A stretch of 40,725 nucleotides of DNA, from positions 1 to 40,725 of the IMG/VR virus record IMGVR_UViG_3300040985_002047. One strand, 5' to 3'. This DNA comes from a virus. Its lineage: Duplodnaviria > Caudoviricetes. The position numbers and the translations under genes are program-made. Shown here piece after piece: positions 37,044-40,725 of the stretch (the first letter of the stretch is position 1; the number at the start of each line of letters is the position of its first letter). The notes beneath the pieces were generated by a model, which ran no database searches, had not been told where the DNA came from, and saw only the letters and a program-made list of their open reading frames with translations.

Positions 37044-37048
37044 ATCTC

Positions 37049-38029
37049 TTAATAATAAGGAATATAAACAATAGAACCTCCTACATCTATCGCTATTCTA
37101 CCATTCGCCGCTCCTCCTCCTCCTGTTGGATCTGTAGCATCTGCTACAAATTTAAACTTAACATCTCCTCCTCCCATATTACTAAAGTCTATTCCTCCAC
37201 CTATTCCTGCTCCAGCGTTATCTGAATCAATACTCACTGCCCATATCGTAGAAGCAGAACTACTATTCTGATCTACAACTAAAGCATTCGCAGGAGCTCC
37301 TTGCGTTATTTTTAAACACTTAGTTCCAGCTGCTGCAGCCTGACCATTTGTAATTTGAATTAAGTCTCTTGAACTTCCATCTGTTGAATTAGACTCAAAT
37401 AAAGCCATTCTACCAGTAGTCAAAGCGTTACTGTCTGCCATCCGTAATATCGTTCCAGTTGTAGTTGCATTTGCGATGCTTAAGACATTCGCTGTTGTGG
37501 ATTCTGAATCTATATTAATAGAGGAACCATTTCCATCTTGATCAATAAAAATAGCGTCTGCTGTTGATGCTTGCAATATATGCAAAGCAGTTGCCCCTGT
37601 AGCAAGTGCATTCGCATTATCTATTCTCACAAGTTGTCTTGTCCCCGTATCTGCTGAATTAGAATGGAAATATGCCATTCGACCAGTTGTAAGACTATTG
37701 CAATTCTGAAAAGAAAAAATTGTTCCTGTTGTTGTAGTTGCAGCATGACATCTTAAAACTTCCGTAGTTGTTGATTCTGCATCTATTTCTAATGCAATAC
37801 CATTCCCATCTTGATTTAAAAATAAACTTCTCCCTGTCCCTGTATTGTTAATTGTAAACCCATCTCCAGAAGATCCTGTAACCGAATCTCCGAAAGAAGC
37901 TCCTAAACCATCCACCTTCATAGCATTAGTAACAGGATTTACCTTTATAGGTACAACTGTTGTTCCATCAGAAGACGAAACTCCAAGTAAAGTTGTATTG
38001 CGATTATTATCTCTTGCTGCATCTGCCAT
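37049..38029 (-). CDS. Tail fibre/spike protein with internal repeats
   Basis: Repeated unit 'QDGNG...IDxESTTxxVL...ATTTGTI...NxLTTGRMA'. Confidence 0.75.
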   Translation of the reverse strand: MADAARDNNRNTTLLGVSSSDGTTVVPIKVNPVTNAMKVDGLGASFGDSVTGSSGDGFTINNTGTGRSLFLNQDGNGIALEIDAESTTTEVLRCHAATTTTGTIFSFQNCNSLTTGRMAYFHSNSADTGTRQLVRIDNANALATGATALHILQASTADAIFIDQDGNGSSINIDSESTTANVLSIANATTTGTILRMADSNALTTGRMALFESNSTDGSSRDLIQITNGQAAAAGTKCLKITQGAPANALVVDQNSSSASTIWAVSIDSDNAGAGIGGGIDFSNMGGGDVKFKFVADATDPTGGGGAANGRIAIDVGGSIVYIPYY

Positions 38030-38039
38030 AATAAAAAAA

Positions 38040-38165
38040 TTAAGATTCTAGTTTTACTGCTCCTGTAGTAGGATCTACATATATATCAATAGGAGTTACC
38101 CCATCAACAGAAGATACTCCTTGTATTGTTGTAACACGATTACTGTCTTTCTTTGCGTCTGCCAT
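38040..38165 (-). CDS. 41-aa stand-alone copy of the fibre N-terminal module
   Basis: MADAKKDSNRVTTIQGVSSVDGVTPIDIYVDPTTGAVKLES aligns with the N-terminus of the 38029 ORF. Confidence 0.8.
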   Translation of the reverse strand: MADAKKDSNRVTTIQGVSSVDGVTPIDIYVDPTTGAVKLES

Positions 38166-38877
38166 TTAAGAATTCTTTAGATTGTAATAATGTTTTCATT
38201 TCAGATCTAGCTCTTTCTTCTGCTTGTAATGCTTGTTCTAATCTATTATTAATCAATTCTTCTCTTTTGTCTAATTCGTTCTGTCTTAACTTTAAAGATT
38301 TTCTTTGTTTAATTAAAGCCGATTTTATTTCCTGTTCCCATTCTTGAGTCTCTTCTTTAAGATTTTTTATTTCTTTTAAAATCTTTTCTTTCTCATTTAA
38401 CCGTTTCTCTATCTTGTTTTTTCCAGAAATAACCTCTTCAACAAGGGATTCATAAGAAGACAGTAATTTCATTGCACGCCCTTCTTTTTCATCAAATTCA
38501 TAAAATCTTTTCTGTAAATCTTTCTCGTTTTCTTTATTTATACATTCATCCAACTTTATAGAAATCTCTTTTTTCTTGAGGTTTTCTTGTAATTCCTCCA
38601 ACTCTTCCTGTCTTATACTTAAAACTTCTTCCTTTTTAGAATACTTTTTATCTATATCATTAAAAGATTTATTCCGCTCTTCAGTTAATCTTAAAGAATC
38701 TTCGGTGTAATTCTTCTCCTGTTTCTCTACTTCCTTTTGAATCCTAATCAAATAATCTTTCTTCTTATTAATCTCATGAGTTAAAGAAGTAAGATGTTTG
38801 TTATGTTCAGTAACCTGAATCTTTACGGAATTCAATTGTTGAGTTAATGCTCGTAAATATTCTTCCTGTCTTTGCAT
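38140..38877 (-). CDS. Coiled-coil protein
   Basis: 245 aa, E/K-rich heptads. Confidence 0.75.
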   Translation of the reverse strand: MQRQEEYLRALTQQLNSVKIQVTEHNKHLTSLTHEINKKKDYLIRIQKEVEKQEKNYTEDSLRLTEERNKSFNDIDKKYSKKEEVLSIRQEELEELQENLKKKEISIKLDECINKENEKDLQKRFYEFDEKEGRAMKLLSSYESLVEEVISGKNKIEKRLNEKEKILKEIKNLKEETQEWEQEIKSALIKQRKSLKLRQNELDKREELINNRLEQALQAEERARSEMKTLLQSKEFLNGRRKERQ

Positions 38878-38886
38878 GTCCTAATA

Positions 38887-39027
38887 TTAAGCAATCATAT
38901 TACCATTAGACTTTCTTCGTATTCTCATTAATTTCTTTTTCTTTTCTTTCCGCTCTTCTATTATTTCTTTTAAAAGCCTCGCTTTTCGCTTAGCCTTAGC
39001 TCCGAGTTTGATTTTTAATCTTGGCAT
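38887..39027 (-). CDS. Highly basic 46-aa protein
   Basis: MPRLKIKLGAKAKRKARLLKEII...; fills the gap in the operon. Confidence 0.6.
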   Translation of the reverse strand: MPRLKIKLGAKAKRKARLLKEIIEERKEKKKKLMRIRRKSNGNMIA

Positions 39028-39029
39028 AA

Positions 39030-39395
39030 TTAATTAGTTATATCTGATAATTGTAATGTAGTTTTTATAATACTTATTGATTCGTTTATAGATAAAAGCT
39101 TTATGAAGAAAAATGCGAAGATACTAGATGCCAATGCTACTATGTACCAAAATATTCTACCTTTAACACTTGCTTGTTCTATATGTCTTAACTTCTTATT
39201 TATATTCTCTTGTATCTTCTCATCACTATGTAAATGATTATCTAAAATCTTCTTCTCATTCTTAATAAGAGTCTCCAAATTCTCTAATCTAACACCATTC
39301 TTAGTGGTCATAATTTCTATACTCTGTACTTTAGAAACGATTCCATCAATCTTTATTTCCATCTTAGTAATTGCATTAGATAGCTCCTGTCCCAT
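39030..39395 (-). CDS. Coiled-coil protein with C-terminal TM segment (holin/XhlA-like architecture)
   Basis: Heptads followed by 'IFWYIVALASSIFAFFFI'. Confidence 0.65.
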   Translation of the reverse strand: MGQELSNAITKMEIKIDGIVSKVQSIEIMTTKNGVRLENLETLIKNEKKILDNHLHSDEKIQENINKKLRHIEQASVKGRIFWYIVALASSIFAFFFIKLLSINESISIIKTTLQLSDITN

Positions 39396-39422
39396 TATTT
39401 GTTGTAGATTAGTTATTAATTA

Positions 39423-40725
39423 TTAAACTCTATAAAATCCAAAGGCACGCATGCTCCATGTATTATTTGTTAAATCAGTCCCGACATATAAAGCCCCAGT
39501 TCCTGGAACATAACCAAATATTTGGTCTGAAGAATTAGGGATTGTAAAACTTGGGACACATGAATTAACAAGACCAACATCATTGCTTTGAACTAAAGTC
39601 ATTCCTTCTCCCTGATTATCTCCAGATGCTGTAAATGGAAGTCCTCCAAATTTTAACTGAGATCCATTAAGAGTCCCTCCAGTTGTTTCTATAAACATAG
39701 TTACATAAACAGTGTTCCCAACCTTTGTATAATGACCAAACTGAGAAGCATATGTTGGAGAAGTTACTCCAGAATCAACCGTTGGCGTCCATGTTCCTTC
39801 TTCGTAATCATCTAATACATTAACATCCGCCGATCCAAGATTATCAAGTTTTATTCCAACTGAAGGAATAACTACTCCAGTATTATCTATAGTCAATCTT
39901 GTAGCCGACGCATCTGCATCTGAAATAATAAAAGCATCTGTGCCACCATCATTAAATAAACGCCACTTATTAGTCCCTGCTTCTGCGAAGTAAAGAGAAG
40001 AACTGTTCCCAGCAGAATCTGTATCAACTGTAATAGCTCCTCCTGCTGATTTAACATGAAGATCTGTAGCTGGAGTGTTTATACCTATTCCAACTGTTCC
40101 ATCACTTTGGATAATTAATCCTGTAACAGCATCTGTCGTATTATAAAATTGAAGCTTCCCAGTACCTGCCCCCGCCCCTGTACCTGTAGATAAAATCTGC
40201 CATTCTTTCCCTGCTGCAGAAGAGTTTCTTAACTGTAATGACGCTTCTGATCCCGAGCTATCCAGGATTACTCCTTGGGTGTTATTCGCCGCACCAAGAT
40301 TAACGTGTAATTTATTCGTAGGAGCATCCGTCGATATTCCTACATTTCCTGAAGAATCAATAGTTAATCTTGTTGTATCTTCCACTGTCGCACCTTCACT
40401 AATCTTAAACTTATCTGCATCACTATTATCAATTCCCATTGTCCAGTTCTGCCCAGCTGTTAATAAAAAGTTTATTGCTGCATCTCCGGTCCCGTCTTGC
40501 TCTACAGAGAATTGAGGAGTTGTACTGGTGGTATTCTCGTATAAATTCAAAAAAGTTGAAGGAGTTATTGTCCCTATTCCTACATTACTTCCCCTGATGC
40601 TTAATCTTTCAGAAAAATCAGAACCATCTGCTACTTTAATATCATACGTACCAATCCTTGTTGCATCTGTAATTGTACTAAATCCACTTATAACAGAAGC
40701 AGAAGATCTTGTTTGAGCATCTGTT
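39423..40725 (-). CDS. Tail fibre protein, C-terminal part
   Basis: Open frame from the window end; 'GNVGI.T..P...LHV' repeats; C-terminal 'LDDYEEGTWTP...GHYTKVGNTV...GLPF'. Confidence 0.88.
   Translation of the reverse strand, partial: TDAQTRSSASVISGFSTITDATRIGTYDIKVADGSDFSERLSIRGSNVGIGTITPSTFLNLYENTTSTTPQFSVEQDGTGDAAINFLLTAGQNWTMGIDNSDADKFKISEGATVEDTTRLTIDSSGNVGISTDAPTNKLHVNLGAANNTQGVILDSSGSEASLQLRNSSAAGKEWQILSTGTGAGAGTGKLQFYNTTDAVTGLIIQSDGTVGIGINTPATDLHVKSAGGAITVDTDSAGNSSSLYFAEAGTNKWRLFNDGGTDAFIISDADASATRLTIDNTGVVIPSVGIKLDNLGSADVNVLDDYEEGTWTPTVDSGVTSPTYASQFGHYTKVGNTVYVTMFIETTGGTLNGSQLKFGGLPFTASGDNQGEGMTLVQSNDVGLVNSCVPSFTIPNSSDQIFGYVPGTGALYVGTDLTNNTWSMRAFGFYRV
40628..40725. repeat. Terminal direct repeat, copy 2
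   Basis: Identical to 3-100. Confidence 0.97.

Noticed and set aside
37000-37051. Stop-codon readthrough from the fibre gene into the 36967 ORF
   Set aside because: The two ORFs share a frame, but an in-frame TAA lies within the pseudoknot stem
474-40716. Many short ORFs antisense or out of frame to long genes (e.g. 2430-2822, 4027-4341, 9387-9695, 25111-25398, 34151-34516)
   Set aside because: Largely or fully overlap well-supported genes, with no leader motif or recognisable domain
1-40725. tRNA genes, integrase or IS elements
   Set aside because: No cloverleaf with a TTCGA T-loop and no tyrosine/serine recombinase or transposase motif seen by eye

Overview
The window is an apparently complete, circularly assembled, AT-rich tailed dsDNA phage genome of about 40,625 bp. 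Bases 3-100 are repeated exactly at 40628-40725, and a tail-fibre ORF reads in frame across that join. The minus-strand morphogenesis arm runs TerS, TerL, portal, scaffold, major capsid, decoration proteins, fibres, nozzle, adaptor and two large ejection-type proteins; no tail tube or tape measure is seen, so the phage is podovirus-like. The plus-strand arm carries a DUF3987-like ATPase, a CHC2 zinc-finger protein, an SSB-like protein, a PD-(D/E)XK nuclease, a RecU-like resolvase, an array of small early genes, YopX, a split 3D-domain gene and an HNH nuclease. There is also a minus-strand lysis module (M15 endolysin, holin) and a Rha-family gene. I found no integrase, DNA polymerase, reverse transcriptase, tRNA or CRISPR array. 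Start codons generally lack Shine-Dalgarno motifs; a Patescibacteria/CPR-type host is plausible but unproven. The most striking signals are non-coding: (1) a ~240-nt intergenic element (18939-19180) whose central 44-nt strand pairs alternately with 5' and 3' partners in four interlocked ~1-turn helices closed by outer stems; (2) three copies of a covarying GTTGA-[stem-loop]-GAAA hairpin; (3) two leader pseudoknots; (4) a candidate SD-stimulated -1 frameshift joining a secreted coiled coil to a 3D domain; (5) a YCGCA motif just before five late-gene start codons; and (6) a dense palindrome/repeat array at 23.1-23.45 kb. All protein calls come from motif recognition and synteny by eye; no database searches were run.
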